Shown: positions 39,037 to 48,892 of the stretch, in pieces
How the letters are laid out: every line of letters starts with the position of its first letter
How positions within the stretch are numbered: position 1 is the stretch's first letter
From: Candidatus Bathyarchaeota archaeon
Lineage (GTDB): Archaea; Thermoproteota; Bathyarchaeia; TCS64
Direction: 5' to 3'
Assembly (NCBI GenBank): GCA_018396865.1
Contig: JAGTRB010000003.1
Coordinates: forward strand, 8,575 to 72,574
DNA length: 64,000 nt
Position numbers and translations under genes: made by a program
The notes under the pieces: model-generated
What the model was told of the DNA's origin: nothing
The model's input: only the letters and a program-made list of their open reading frames with translations
The model's database searches: none

Positions 39037-39973
39037 GGACCTCGTCCAAGCTCTTCAACTCGAATTCTTTGAGGCTTCTTCTCCCCGTTAGGACCTCATA
39101 TGAGGCGACACACCTCTTTGAGATCTCACATACCACAGGCCATGGTATCTCGGGCGGCGGCCCCTCCCCTAGGTATCCCACCCTTCGGCAGTACTCCCTC
39201 AGGAACTCCTTGTCCAGGCTATGGGCCTCCTGAGGGATCCCAGTCCTGTAGAACCTCTCATCCCAGAATCGCGCTGAGTCGTGCGTCGGTGGTTCATCTA
39301 TCTGGATGAGAAGGTCCCCTAACCTTCCATACTCGAGCTTGAAGTCGGGCAATATGATACCTTTCCTCCTAGCCTCAGCCCTGTAAAACTCATATAGCCT
39401 GTATGTTGCCTCCTCCAGCTCATCCCACTCACCCTTCCCCACTAGGCCAGCCTCTAGGGCCTCACGCCTCGATATCTCCCTATCATGGCCCACCTCACTC
39501 TTCGTCGTCGGTGTTAGAATGGCCTCGGGGAGCTCCTCGCCCATGATCAGCCCATCTGGCAGTCTAACCCCGCTTATAACCCTTACACCATCCCTATACG
39601 CCCTCCAGGCCGAGCCGTAGAGGTATCCCCTGCAGATCCACTCTATATCTATCCTCTCAGCCTTCTTCACCCTCATGGTCCTATCATCTATAGACTCTAT
39701 GAAGTGGTTTGGGAAGATCCCCTTAGTCCTCTCAAACCAGTATACCGATAGGGCGTGGATGCTCCTCCCCTTGTGGGGGATGAGGGTTGGGAAGACAACA
39801 TCGAAGGCGGATATCCTATCCGTCGTCACTATAAGCAGCTCCTCTCCCTTGTCGTAGAGGTCCCTAACCTTACCCCTCCTCGTGGGCCTCTCCAACCCAA
39901 GTAACTCTGATGCCTCCAGTACCTCCACGTACCCTCCCCTGAGGGGGTCAGGCACAAGCCTCCCTCCCATCAC
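39026..39973 (-). CDS. purC: SAICAR synthetase
   Basis: GKVRDLY, DRISAFD, RGYLYGS, TPTTK, DFKLEYG, DSARFW, LDKEFLR. Confidence 0.95.
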   Translation of the reverse strand: MMGGRLVPDPLRGGYVEVLEASELLGLERPTRRGKVRDLYDKGEELLIVTTDRISAFDVVFPTLIPHKGRSIHALSVYWFERTKGIFPNHFIESIDDRTMRVKKAERIDIEWICRGYLYGSAWRAYRDGVRVISGVRLPDGLIMGEELPEAILTPTTKSEVGHDREISRREALEAGLVGKGEWDELEEATYRLYEFYRAEARRKGIILPDFKLEYGRLGDLLIQIDEPPTHDSARFWDERFYRTGIPQEAHSLDKEFLREYCRRVGYLGEGPPPEIPWPVVCEISKRCVASYEVLTGRRSLKEFELKSLDEVLGR

Positions 39974-40073
39974 CGGCTCCCCCGAGAGATTAACATCCTT
40001 TAAACATCCTGTCTATATATTAACATAGGTGGTTGGGGATTCTCTCCATGGGTTGGATAGGGGTTTCTGAGTT

Positions 40074-41384
40074 ATGGTGAAGGTCATCATAGTTGGAGCA
40101 GGTCCTGCGGGTCTATTCGCCGCCCATGAACTAGCGGGCTTCTGCGATGTCACAATACTGGAGGAAAGGGATCACGTCGGTGGATCGGGTCTATACTCCG
40201 ATGGGAAACTCAACTTCCATCCGAGGATAGGTGGAGATATCACCCAATTCATATCCGAGGATGATGCTTGGATGCTTATCTCATACATCAAGCAGATCTT
40301 CTCGGGCCTTGGAGTGGAGCTTCATCCTCCAGATGAGATAGGTGTGAGGAATCTAGAGGCTAAGGCCATCAAAGCTGGGATGAGGTTCGTGAGGATAGAG
40401 CAGAGCCACATCGGCTCCGACCATCTACCCTCGGTGATCGGTAGGATGAGGTCTATGCTCGAGAAGAAGGGCGTCGAGTTTAGGTTGGGGGTTAGGGTTA
40501 GGGACTTGATACTCGACTCGGGAAGAATAAAGGGCGTTGAGACCACTGAAGGGGTGTACCCCGCAGACGCCTTCCTCCTGGCCCCTGGGCGTATAGGTTC
40601 GAACTGGCTTGTGGTCCTCATGAGGAGGCTTGGGGTGGAAATGAGCTATAATCCCCTGGATATTGGTGTGAGGGTTGAGGTCCCAAATGAGGTCTTTGAG
40701 GAGATTATACAGGGGTATAGATGCTGGGACCCAAAGTTCCATATACATACGCCGAGCTACGACGACTTCTCAAGGACTTTCTGCGTCTGTCCGAGGGGCT
40801 ACGTCTTCAAGGAAGCCTACGATGAGGAGGTCTTCGGTGTGAACGGGCACTCCATGAGGGAGAGAGAAAGCCCCAACACGAACTTCGCCCTGTTGGTGAG
40901 GATAAGCCTCACGGAGCCCCTCGAGAATACGACAGAGTATGGGCGGAGGATCGCACAGTTAGCCAATACCCTAGGCGGGAGGAGGCCCATCCTCCAGAGG
41001 CTTGGAGACCTGAGGGGGCACAGGCGCTCGACTTGGGAGAGGATCGAGAGGAGCTACGTCGAGCCCACGTTGAGGGATGTGACCCCGGGAGACATATCTA
41101 TGGCCTACCCGAGCAGGATAGTCAGAGACCTATTGGAGGCCTTGGAGATCCTGGACAGAGTGGCGCCAGGGGTGAACACGGACTCGACCCTGATCTATGC
41201 CCCCGAGATCAAGTTCTACGCCATGCGGATAGAGACAGATAATCAACTCAGGACGACCATCCCAAACCTTTACGTTGCGGGTGATGGAGCAGGAGTTTCA
41301 AGGGGCATAATTGGAGCAGCAGCTACTGGGATCATAGCTGCAAGGGGGATAAAGGCCGCTCTCTCCAAGCCTAATCGCTCCTGA
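40074..41384 (+). CDS. FAD-dependent oxidoreductase (uncharacterised SDGKL family)
   Basis: GAGPAG, SDGKL, RTFC.CP.G, VNGHS, AGDGAG.SRG. Confidence 0.85.
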   Translation: MVKVIIVGAGPAGLFAAHELAGFCDVTILEERDHVGGSGLYSDGKLNFHPRIGGDITQFISEDDAWMLISYIKQIFSGLGVELHPPDEIGVRNLEAKAIKAGMRFVRIEQSHIGSDHLPSVIGRMRSMLEKKGVEFRLGVRVRDLILDSGRIKGVETTEGVYPADAFLLAPGRIGSNWLVVLMRRLGVEMSYNPLDIGVRVEVPNEVFEEIIQGYRCWDPKFHIHTPSYDDFSRTFCVCPRGYVFKEAYDEEVFGVNGHSMRERESPNTNFALLVRISLTEPLENTTEYGRRIAQLANTLGGRRPILQRLGDLRGHRRSTWERIERSYVEPTLRDVTPGDISMAYPSRIVRDLLEALEILDRVAPGVNTDSTLIYAPEIKFYAMRIETDNQLRTTIPNLYVAGDGAGVSRGIIGAAATGIIAARGIKAALSKPNRS

Positions 41385-41430
41385 TGAAGGGATCATCCTT
41401 TAATCGGAGGCTCGGGAGTTTACCAGTAGC

Positions 41431-42027
41431 TTGGTCTCAGGAGGTCTCAAGGAGAGGTTTGAGAGGTGGGTCGGCCCCAAGCTCAGCATCCTCACAGCTA
41501 TAGGTGTCACCCCAAACCTCCTCACCCTGATGGGCCTGAGCCTATCAGCCGCCTCAGCATGGCTCTATTTCAACTGGAGTTCCCATAGGCTGATGCTCCT
41601 GTTCGCAGCCGTCACACTCCTCCTCTCGGGCCTCTTTGACTCCATCGACGGGGTTCTAGCCCGTATGACCGGGAGATCCTCAATTCTGGGAGGCTTCTTG
41701 GACTCCCTCTCTGATAGGTACTCCGATGCCATGGTCCTCGGAGCCATAACGGCCTCGGGGCTATGCAGCCTGTCCTGGGGTCTAGCCGCGCTGGTGGGCT
41801 CGATGATGGTCAGCTATGCTAGATCCCGAGCAGAGGCCTCGGGGGTGGATATGAGGGCTGTGGGCCTAGCTGAGAGGGCTGAGAGGATCCTAATCCTATC
41901 AACGGCCACCTTATTATCGTATTTTAATTGGGAGGCCCTAGGCTGGGGGGTGGCCCTACTCGCGCTTCTCTCGCATATAACGGTTCTTCAGAGAGTTCTC
42001 CACTTTTATAATGAGGCCAAGATTTAA
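41431..42027 (+). CDS. CDP-alcohol phosphatidyltransferase (archaetidylinositol phosphate synthase-like)
   Basis: TPN.LT and DSIDGVLAR...GGFLDSLSDRYSD. Confidence 0.9.
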   Translation: MVSGGLKERFERWVGPKLSILTAIGVTPNLLTLMGLSLSAASAWLYFNWSSHRLMLLFAAVTLLLSGLFDSIDGVLARMTGRSSILGGFLDSLSDRYSDAMVLGAITASGLCSLSWGLAALVGSMMVSYARSRAEASGVDMRAVGLAERAERILILSTATLLSYFNWEALGWGVALLALLSHITVLQRVLHFYNEAKI

Positions 42028-42050
42028 TTTAGTAGACAAAATAGAACCTT

Positions 42051-42341
42051 TTACCTTCTATGGCTGGCTCTGCTCATCCTCTCCTCCTTCCCCCTGACCT
42101 TCACGACTCCCCGGTGGACTGCGCAGCTTATGCAAAGGTACTTGGTTGTCCTCTCCCTAGATATTTGAACGCCCTGCTGTTCCAGCTCCTTCATAAGTCT
42201 CGGATCGACTATAGAGGTCCACCTGGTGACCTTCTTGGCCTTATCTCTTGGAACGAGAGCGTTACAGTAGCTGCATTGAACCATGCTCTGCCGTCCCTTA
42301 TCTCCCTTAGACCTGCCCCTGCTGATCCTCTTCTTCGGCAT
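42051..42341 (-). CDS. rps26e: 30S ribosomal protein S26e
   Basis: MPKKR..RGR, CxxC..VPRDKA, CISCAVH. Confidence 0.95.
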   Translation of the reverse strand: MPKKRISRGRSKGDKGRQSMVQCSYCNALVPRDKAKKVTRWTSIVDPRLMKELEQQGVQISRERTTKYLCISCAVHRGVVKVRGKEERMSRASHRR

Positions 42342-42502
42342 CCGATCCTCCCTTGTTAGGAGGATCTTCTATAATATAAAGCATGTCAGTTCTCCATATC
42401 TCATGGGCGTGGTCTTATGCTAGCTTCTACCTTTTTTATCCATCTCAAATAAAGGCCTGCACAGGGAGGCCCCCCTCAATAATTCGGCCCCTCCCTCACC
42501 CT

Positions 42503-43153
42503 TCAGTAGCCTTCGAGGATCTTCTCAAGCACCTCGTAGTAGATGGTGTTCGCCACCTTCATGTAGCCTGCCTGGGAGAGGTGAACCCCGTCGCTGGAGA
42601 AGGTCTCCCTGAGCCTCCCAGCATCGTCGGACGTGGCTGAGAAGAGATCTGCTATCGGTATTCGGTGAGCCCTGCAGTGGCTCCTCAATAGATCGTTGAG
42701 CCTTCTTATCCTGGGTATGAACTCATCATATCCTAGGACTGATGTGAGGGTGCAGGCTATCGGCTTTATATCACACTCCAGAGCCTTCTCATAAATCCTC
42801 CTCAGATTTGAGTAGATATCCTCTGGCTCCTCCAGGGAGAATAGGTCGTTTATGCCTCCCCAGACGATTACATAATCGGGCCTCATTGGAGCAACCTGTG
42901 AAGAGAGCCTTTGAAGCATTCTCCGGGTTGTGTCGCCTAGGACGCCGAGATTTATGAAGGAGGCCTCGATATGGTTCAATCCCTTCCTGTGCAGCTCCCT
43001 ATAGACTATTGCCTCCAGAAAAGAGGTGTAGGGGAACTCCTCTCTCCCTGGTAGATATAACCCAGGAGGCTGGAATCCAACGGTCAGGCTATCTCCCAGG
43101 GCGGCGAACTTAAGCGGGATCCTCCGGGTCATGGTGATCCCGAATAGGAGCAC
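42503..43153 (-). CDS. SGNH/GDSL hydrolase
   Basis: GDSLT, G, GIND, DGVH blocks; start may be ATG 43132. Confidence 0.9.
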   Translation of the reverse strand: MLLFGITMTRRIPLKFAALGDSLTVGFQPPGLYLPGREEFPYTSFLEAIVYRELHRKGLNHIEASFINLGVLGDTTRRMLQRLSSQVAPMRPDYVIVWGGINDLFSLEEPEDIYSNLRRIYEKALECDIKPIACTLTSVLGYDEFIPRIRRLNDLLRSHCRAHRIPIADLFSATSDDAGRLRETFSSDGVHLSQAGYMKVANTIYYEVLEKILEGY

Positions 43154-43246
43154 AACAGGGTATTTGACCTTTCCCCCAAGCCTCTTAAGCCATTATAAAT
43201 TAGCATCAACGACTCGGTCTAGGCTTAATGCATTTGAATCTGATCG

Positions 43247-43876
43247 TTATGGCCTCGCCTCCGCAATATGCCTAATAAGGTCGAGGGCCGCTGCCTTTGC
43301 TCCAACCTCTGCTGTTAAGGGTGTCTCTCCAGCTCCTATTATGATGGCATCTTCCTCCTCCACCTCCAACCCTTCCATAAGCCTCATTCGGATCTCTGCA
43401 GGGACCTCCACATCCACCCCCGGCATCTGGAGGGCTCCGCCTCTGTACACGAGGGTTGTTGCTCCACTAGCGCCTGCCTTTATGGCCATGTCTCGCTGCT
43501 CCACTCCTCTTCTTATAAGTCCAGCCGCCCCTTTAACGAGGACGGCGTGGTTGTATGGGCCGACTGTTATCTCGGTCTCTGGAAGCTCCATGGACGACAT
43601 AAAGCTTCTGATCTCCATAAGTACTTGCGATCCCTTATCAGATAGGCTCATCCCCCCTCTTGAAATCTCTATCAGCCCCTCAGACTTCAGGTGCCTAACA
43701 AGGGTTCTGACCACCCCCTCCCCGAGCCCCATTAATCTCGCCAACTCCTGCCTCCCAACAGATCCAGAGGATCCCAGGATCTCTAGGGCCTTCAGGACAT
43801 GGACTTCAGTATAGGTCGGGGCTCTTCCAGCGGAGATCCTCGAGGCCACCCTCCCCAAAACCTCGAAGCCCAACAC
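43247..43876 (-). CDS. Winged-HTH protein with DUF4443-like C-terminus
   Basis: GRQELA..GLGEGVVRT HTH; GVEQRD.AIKAGA.GAT. Confidence 0.75.
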   Translation of the reverse strand: MLGFEVLGRVASRISAGRAPTYTEVHVLKALEILGSSGSVGRQELARLMGLGEGVVRTLVRHLKSEGLIEISRGGMSLSDKGSQVLMEIRSFMSSMELPETEITVGPYNHAVLVKGAAGLIRRGVEQRDMAIKAGASGATTLVYRGGALQMPGVDVEVPAEIRMRLMEGLEVEEEDAIIIGAGETPLTAEVGAKAAALDLIRHIAEARP

Positions 43877-43920
43877 ATTATCACCTCAAGAGATTTCAGG
43901 TTTAATAATCATATTAGGCT

Positions 43921-44373
43921 CTAGAATGAGGTGTAGACCCAGGCGACTATAGAGCCATTATTCAGCCTCCATCTGTCGCAGGCAACTGGGCCATACATCC
44001 AATCCCCCTTTCCAGGGTCGAAGTAGTACCAGAGCCAGAAGCGGTTCGGCTCCCCCCCAACTCCGTTTATTCGAGTTACAAAAGCTCCATAATCTCCTAT
44101 TATATATTCGACCTCTGCCACCCTCCTAGTAGCGTTGAGCAGGCTTGAATCCAGCGGGATGCGAGTGTTATTATACCAAACGACGCTTCCATTCCCATAG
44201 TCTATCTTCAGATTGATGATGATCGTGAGGCTCTCAAGATCCCTGAGAAGGGCCTCATAGCTTCTCCTATAAACCTCAGCCTGATTGTAATAGTTAAAGG
44301 CGAAGAGTGAAGCTGCTAGGGTTGTGCAGAGCAGAACTCCAGCAATCGACATCCATCCGCCTTTCGAGTTCAT
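43921..44373 (-). CDS. Membrane-anchored DUF4430 (transcobalamin beta-domain-like) protein
   Basis: N-terminal TM; YGAFVTRING, FWLWY, YGPVACD...NGS..W.Y. Confidence 0.8.
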   Translation of the reverse strand: MNSKGGWMSIAGVLLCTTLAASLFAFNYYNQAEVYRRSYEALLRDLESLTIIINLKIDYGNGSVVWYNNTRIPLDSSLLNATRRVAEVEYIIGDYGAFVTRINGVGGEPNRFWLWYYFDPGKGDWMYGPVACDRWRLNNGSIVAWVYTSF

Positions 44374-44377
44374 CCCC

Positions 44378-44968
44378 TTACCCCTCCATTAGGTGAGATG
44401 GATCTAAGCCCCCTAAGGGCAGGCGTCTGAGGGCTGCCAGGAGTGGGGAGGCCCCCACGAAGAAGAAGACCGTGTTCGAGAGCTCATGGATGAGGGCAAA
44501 GGGGATCCCGGCTAACAGGACCACGCTTAAAGGCGTCCCGACGACTAGGCCCGTGACGATGTTTGTGAAGAGGTCGTAGATGAAGGTGAGGATGAACCCT
44601 ATGAAGGCGAACCTGGCATCTATAAACCAAAGCCGACCTGCTTCTCCTCCAGGGAGCTTTAAACCTCTAAGGAGGCCCCCAACTATTCCATACATGCTCT
44701 CTCCAAGGGATGTGGCTAGGAGGATGGGAAATGAGAAGCCGTAGGGGTTGATGGTCCCATATACCAGCCATGTCAGGAAACCTACAAGCCCACCAACTAG
44801 AGACCCAAACCTGAAGCCCGAGCAGAAGACTACAAGATCCATGAACTTGACATTAACAAGGCCTATCATGAGATAGTTGGTTGCCACACAGGTTGCTGTC
44901 AGGATGGCGATCAGGCCGACCATTCTGGCATTGCCTTTGTGGGTCATCTGGATGGATAATCCATCCAA
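44378..44968 (-). CDS. ECF transporter S-component (CbrT-like)
   Basis: About 6 TM; NVKFMD, G..VG.L, YDLFTN, PFALIHELSN. Confidence 0.75.
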   Translation of the reverse strand: MDGLSIQMTHKGNARMVGLIAILTATCVATNYLMIGLVNVKFMDLVVFCSGFRFGSLVGGLVGFLTWLVYGTINPYGFSFPILLATSLGESMYGIVGGLLRGLKLPGGEAGRLWFIDARFAFIGFILTFIYDLFTNIVTGLVVGTPLSVVLLAGIPFALIHELSNTVFFFVGASPLLAALRRLPLGGLDPSHLMEG

Positions 44969-45588
44969 AGAGACATATTAACTTAACTAACGAGAGAAGA
45001 TTATCCTTTCGCCGATTTACTTCCTCAATTTAGCCATCACAGCCCTCACAACCACCTCCCTAAAATGCTCCTTATGATAATTTGCAACGCCTACAACATC
45101 CACCCTTGCCATCTCAGGATCCTCAGTTTCAGCATCCAGATCCACAAATCACGGGAAAAAGAACTTTAGGTTCCCAACGGTTGGGAGGACTGATCCGCCT
45201 TGGAAAACAGGCTCATTTTAAAAACGGGGTGAGAATCAAGCCTCTTTCACCGTCCCAGTAGCTGGGAATGATGAGGATGAGGAGTTATATCTCCACCAAG
45301 AGGGAGCGGAGGCTCCTTCAAAAATACCTCAAAGGGGAACATGATAACGAGATAAGAAAGACACTCTATAACGTTCGACGCTAAAGGCTCATCCTCCTCA
45401 TGGATGATTTCAGTTCTTGCTTCACAGCTTATCTCGAATTTAATTACAATGAGAAATCCCAATAGAGGGAATTGAAAAGGATGATTAATGCGAAGGGCCT
45501 CTAGGGGAACTAGATCCATCATTAAGGCATGAAGGCTCCATGCGATAGCATGCGGTAAGTTCACGGATAGGAGTTGAGCAGATATGAT

Positions 45589-45704
45589 TGGTCCCGCCCC
45601 CCGGAGTTGAACCGGGAACCCTCCGGTGTCTGCTCAATGGCTGGATGCCTTCGCCCTTTGGGCGAAAACTACAGCCGGATGCTCTACCATTGAGCTAGGG
45701 CGGG
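45589..45704 (-). tRNA. tRNA-Tyr(GTA) with 41-nt intron at 37/38 (45628-45668), CCA encoded
   Basis: C1:G72 acceptor CCCGCCC/GGGCGGG; anticodon stem TCCGG/CCGGA, loop CT-GTA-G|intron|A; BHB-like helix CTGT/GCAG with AGT and ACA bulges. Confidence 0.95.
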
Positions 45705-45750
45705 CCGATCTAATGAGCTTATTGGATTATTATAAATTTTAGGTTTACTT

Positions 45751-47625
45751 TTAAATTCTTCCAGAGATGTGATACCTCTTCGTGTGGCTTGGGAAGTACT
45801 CCTTGTTTCCCGGGATGTATAGGGCGTTGGAGTATTCCTCTATGAACTCTACGTCGACCAGTAGGTCTATGTAGACCATCTTCTCAGCTATCTCCCTGGC
45901 CTTCTCCCTCATCTCCATCGACATAAGCGCGGCGTAGGCCCCAGCTAGGGAGCCGTTCCCTATGGGGTGCACCTCGGCGTTGGGGAGTTCCGGGAAGATC
46001 CCTATCCGCGTCGCGTTCTCAATATCTGCATAGTTTCCGAAGGCTCCGGCTAGGTAGAGATGCTTAACGTCATATATGCTCAGCTTCAGCTTCCTCATGA
46101 GGACCGTTATGGCCCCGCAGGCGGCCGCTTTGGAGTCCATTATGTAGTCGAGGTCCTGCTGGGTAATGACTATGTCTCTGCCTATGGCGGTCTCGTCGGC
46201 TGGGACGACGACATACTCCAGGCCGTATGGCCCTTCCCTCACGAGCGGGGTTCTCCTTGGAACAAGTTTCCCCACGAAGTCCAGGAGGCCAACGTCGTAG
46301 AGTGATGCTACTAGGTCTATTATGCCGGAGCCGCATATCCCCTTCGGCCTGGTTCCCCCTATAACCGAGATCTCCGCCCTATAGGTTTCGGGGTCTATCC
46401 TCACTCTCTCTATGCCCCCCTCCGCCCCCCTCATCCCATGTCTTATTCCTCCCCCCTCGAAGGCTGGCCCTGAGGCGCAGCTGCTAGAGAATAGCCAGCT
46501 ATTGTTACCGAATATGATCTCGCCGTTTGTCCCCAGGTCGACGAGGAGGGATATCTCATCGGAGTCGTACATGCCTGAGGCTAGGACATCCCCCACAGCA
46601 TCGCCCCCGAGGAATCTGCTCACGTTTGGGAGGCAGTAGAGATAGGCCTCTGGGTTCACCTTTAACCCTATCCCCCCAGCCTTCCTTATTATTGGGCTTC
46701 TTGAGACCTCCACGTTCGCCTCTTCGAGGTATGTGGGATCCAGCCCGTTTAAGAGGTGGTTCATCACCGTGTTCCCCCCCACGCAGATGTCATTTATCTC
46801 GGAGGGCTCTATCTCCGCCTCTGAGGCAAGTCTATCTATGACTATGTTTATCGTCTCGACAACCGCTTTCTGCAGCTTTATGAGACCCTCCCTCTCACCA
46901 GCCACCGCTATCCTGGTGACGAGCTCCTCACCATAGGTTATCTGCCTATTCATCTCTGAGGCTCTAGCGAGGATCCTTCCGGAGTTTAACTCTACCAGCT
47001 CCCCTACCACTGTGGTGGTTCCCACGTCGAGGGCTAGGCCATAGTTTGACCCTGTATCGTCTCCGGGTTTAAGGTTCACCACCTCTGGGAACCCCCCTGT
47101 CCATGTTAGGGTGGCGGTTATAATCCCCAAATCGGCCATCCCCCGAAGCCTACCGTACATCTCATCTGTGATCCTGGGCTGTGGGCCTCTGTAGCCATCG
47201 AGCTGGAGCCTATAGTGTTCGATTGGGAAGAGAGAGCTCTTCACCCTTTGGACCCTAGCCAGATACTTTCCGGAGCTTGGGTTGGGCTTGGGGATCCTGA
47301 GCTCTGCCTCCAGTAGGATCTTGGGCTTCTCGATCCGGCTCTCAACAGGTATCGTGAAGGTGGAGTCGCTGAGTATCCTAGTCATGCAGGCTAGGTGGTA
47401 TCCCTGTTCAAGCTCCCTCTCGGTGAGGAGCTTCATCTCAGGCTCTTCGGAGACCTTCTCTATGCTACCTCTTTCCAGTATGACTTTACACTTCCCGCAC
47501 TTCCCCTTCCCCCCACATATGCTCTCTATTCCGACTCCAGCGTCTCTCAGTACCTGGAGTAGTATGTCACCCTTCTCGGCTTCAAGCATCCTGTTCAGCG
47601 GCTTCACGAGTACTCTGACCTTCAA
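45751..47625 (-). CDS. ASKHA-family reductive activator of corrinoid proteins (RACo/AcsV, DUF4445) with N-terminal 2Fe-2S domain
   Basis: CGGKGKCGKC...LAC; DVGTTT, GNTVM, DLGTNGE, GPAFEG, GICGSG, LAGAFG. Confidence 0.92.
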   Translation of the reverse strand: MKVRVLVKPLNRMLEAEKGDILLQVLRDAGVGIESICGGKGKCGKCKVILERGSIEKVSEEPEMKLLTERELEQGYHLACMTRILSDSTFTIPVESRIEKPKILLEAELRIPKPNPSSGKYLARVQRVKSSLFPIEHYRLQLDGYRGPQPRITDEMYGRLRGMADLGIITATLTWTGGFPEVVNLKPGDDTGSNYGLALDVGTTTVVGELVELNSGRILARASEMNRQITYGEELVTRIAVAGEREGLIKLQKAVVETINIVIDRLASEAEIEPSEINDICVGGNTVMNHLLNGLDPTYLEEANVEVSRSPIIRKAGGIGLKVNPEAYLYCLPNVSRFLGGDAVGDVLASGMYDSDEISLLVDLGTNGEIIFGNNSWLFSSSCASGPAFEGGGIRHGMRGAEGGIERVRIDPETYRAEISVIGGTRPKGICGSGIIDLVASLYDVGLLDFVGKLVPRRTPLVREGPYGLEYVVVPADETAIGRDIVITQQDLDYIMDSKAAACGAITVLMRKLKLSIYDVKHLYLAGAFGNYADIENATRIGIFPELPNAEVHPIGNGSLAGAYAALMSMEMREKAREIAEKMVYIDLLVDVEFIEEYSNALYIPGNKEYFPSHTKRYHISGRI

Positions 47626-47675
47626 GCCCTCAACTCAAGGAGGATCTAAGGTTAAAAAGGTTAGTGGGCTCCACC

Positions 47676-48761
47676 CTAACTCCTCAATCCTAGGAATCTT
47701 GGTATCGTCTCCGAGTATGGGGGCCTCAATATCCCGGATTCTGTTATGAAACCCGTCACATATCTTGCAGGGGTTATATCGAAGGAGGGATTTCTAACAG
47801 GGGTATCCCTCCCCATTATTAGGACCCGTGATAGCTCCCCCGACTCGTTCAACCCGTAGACATACCTCACCTCCTCTTCACTCCTCTCCTCCACCTCTAT
47901 TTGCTCTCCACTGATGCAGTTCGGGTCGAAGGTCATCTTCGGGGCCGCGACGTAGAAGGGGATCCCATTCTCCGCGGCTAAAACTGCCTTCTCATAGGTC
48001 CCTATCTTGTTGGCGAGGTCCCCATTGACGGCCACACGGTCGGCTCCAACTATGACCATGTCCACCTCACCCCTCCTCATATAATAACCGGCAGCGTTAT
48101 CCACCATGACAATGTGGGGGATGCCTTCCTGTTCAAGCTCCCAAGCTGTGAGCATCGCCCCCTGGAGCCTCGGCCTTGTCTCATCGACCAGGACCAGTAT
48201 CCTCTTCCCCTGCCTATAGGCGAACCTTATGGGGCTCAGGGCGGTCCCATAGTCTATGAAGGCCAGGGCTCCCGCGTTGCAGTGGGTCAGTATCTTCATC
48301 CCATCCTTGATGAGGAGGCTGCCGAACTCGCCTATCCTCCTAGAGGCCTCAAGGTCCTCCTCGGCTATGGCATCTGCCTCAGAGACCACCCTCACCACTG
48401 GGTTCTCGGCCTCCCCAGCCGCCCCGAGGCACCTATCAACGGCGTGGAATAGGTTCACAGCTGTTGGCCTTGTGCTCCTAAATAGGGCGGCGGCCGACTC
48501 CAGATAGGGTTTAATATCCCCTTTTGGAAGCCCCTCAGCCTCTAGGGCTGCTTGGGCCATGCCGTAGGCTGCAGCCACACCTATGGCCCCAGCGCCTCTG
48601 ACGACCATCCTCCTTATTGCCTCCGCCGTCTCCTCATGCCTCCATGTGGAGGTTATCTCGAACCTGTGGGGGAGCTTCCTCTGGTCGATCATGTGGATCC
48701 TCCTCCCCTCCCTCCAGATGGTCCTGAACTCCTTTACCTCCCCTCCCACCTTGACCCTCAT
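47676..48761 (-). CDS. mtnA: Methylthioribose-1-phosphate isomerase (eIF-2B family)
   Basis: IDQRKLP, VRGA.AIG, RPTAVNL, THCNAG, ETRPRLQG, ANKIGT. Confidence 0.9.
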   Translation of the reverse strand: MRVKVGGEVKEFRTIWREGRRIHMIDQRKLPHRFEITSTWRHEETAEAIRRMVVRGAGAIGVAAAYGMAQAALEAEGLPKGDIKPYLESAAALFRSTRPTAVNLFHAVDRCLGAAGEAENPVVRVVSEADAIAEEDLEASRRIGEFGSLLIKDGMKILTHCNAGALAFIDYGTALSPIRFAYRQGKRILVLVDETRPRLQGAMLTAWELEQEGIPHIVMVDNAAGYYMRRGEVDMVIVGADRVAVNGDLANKIGTYEKAVLAAENGIPFYVAAPKMTFDPNCISGEQIEVEERSEEEVRYVYGLNESGELSRVLIMGRDTPVRNPSFDITPARYVTGFITESGILRPPYSETIPRFLGLRS

Positions 48762-48787
48762 CCTCTTTTCCCCAAACTTTACTCCTA

Positions 48788-48851
48788 ACTCTCTGAGGGT
48801 TTAAAGGCCTGTGGCCCCTTGCCCTCCCACCCTAGGTTACTCTCAGAGGGT
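48788..48851. promoter_or_regulatory. Two 13-bp quasi-palindromic boxes in the mtnA / gins-mcm divergent promoter
   Basis: ACTCTCTGAGGGT (48788-48800) and ACTCTCAGAGGGT (48839-48851). Confidence 0.5.
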
Positions 48852-48892
48852 GAGGGGATAAATCTATAGAGGACCGTTAACCCTAACCTTTA

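Noticed and set aside
44970..45330. Cobalamin riboswitch upstream of the ECF S-component
   Set aside because: Could not find the conserved core motifs by eye; an Infernal scan would be needed
45247..45564. 105-aa minus-strand ORF next to tRNA-Tyr
   Set aside because: No recognisable motifs or host-like composition; the opposite-strand fragment looks more protein-like
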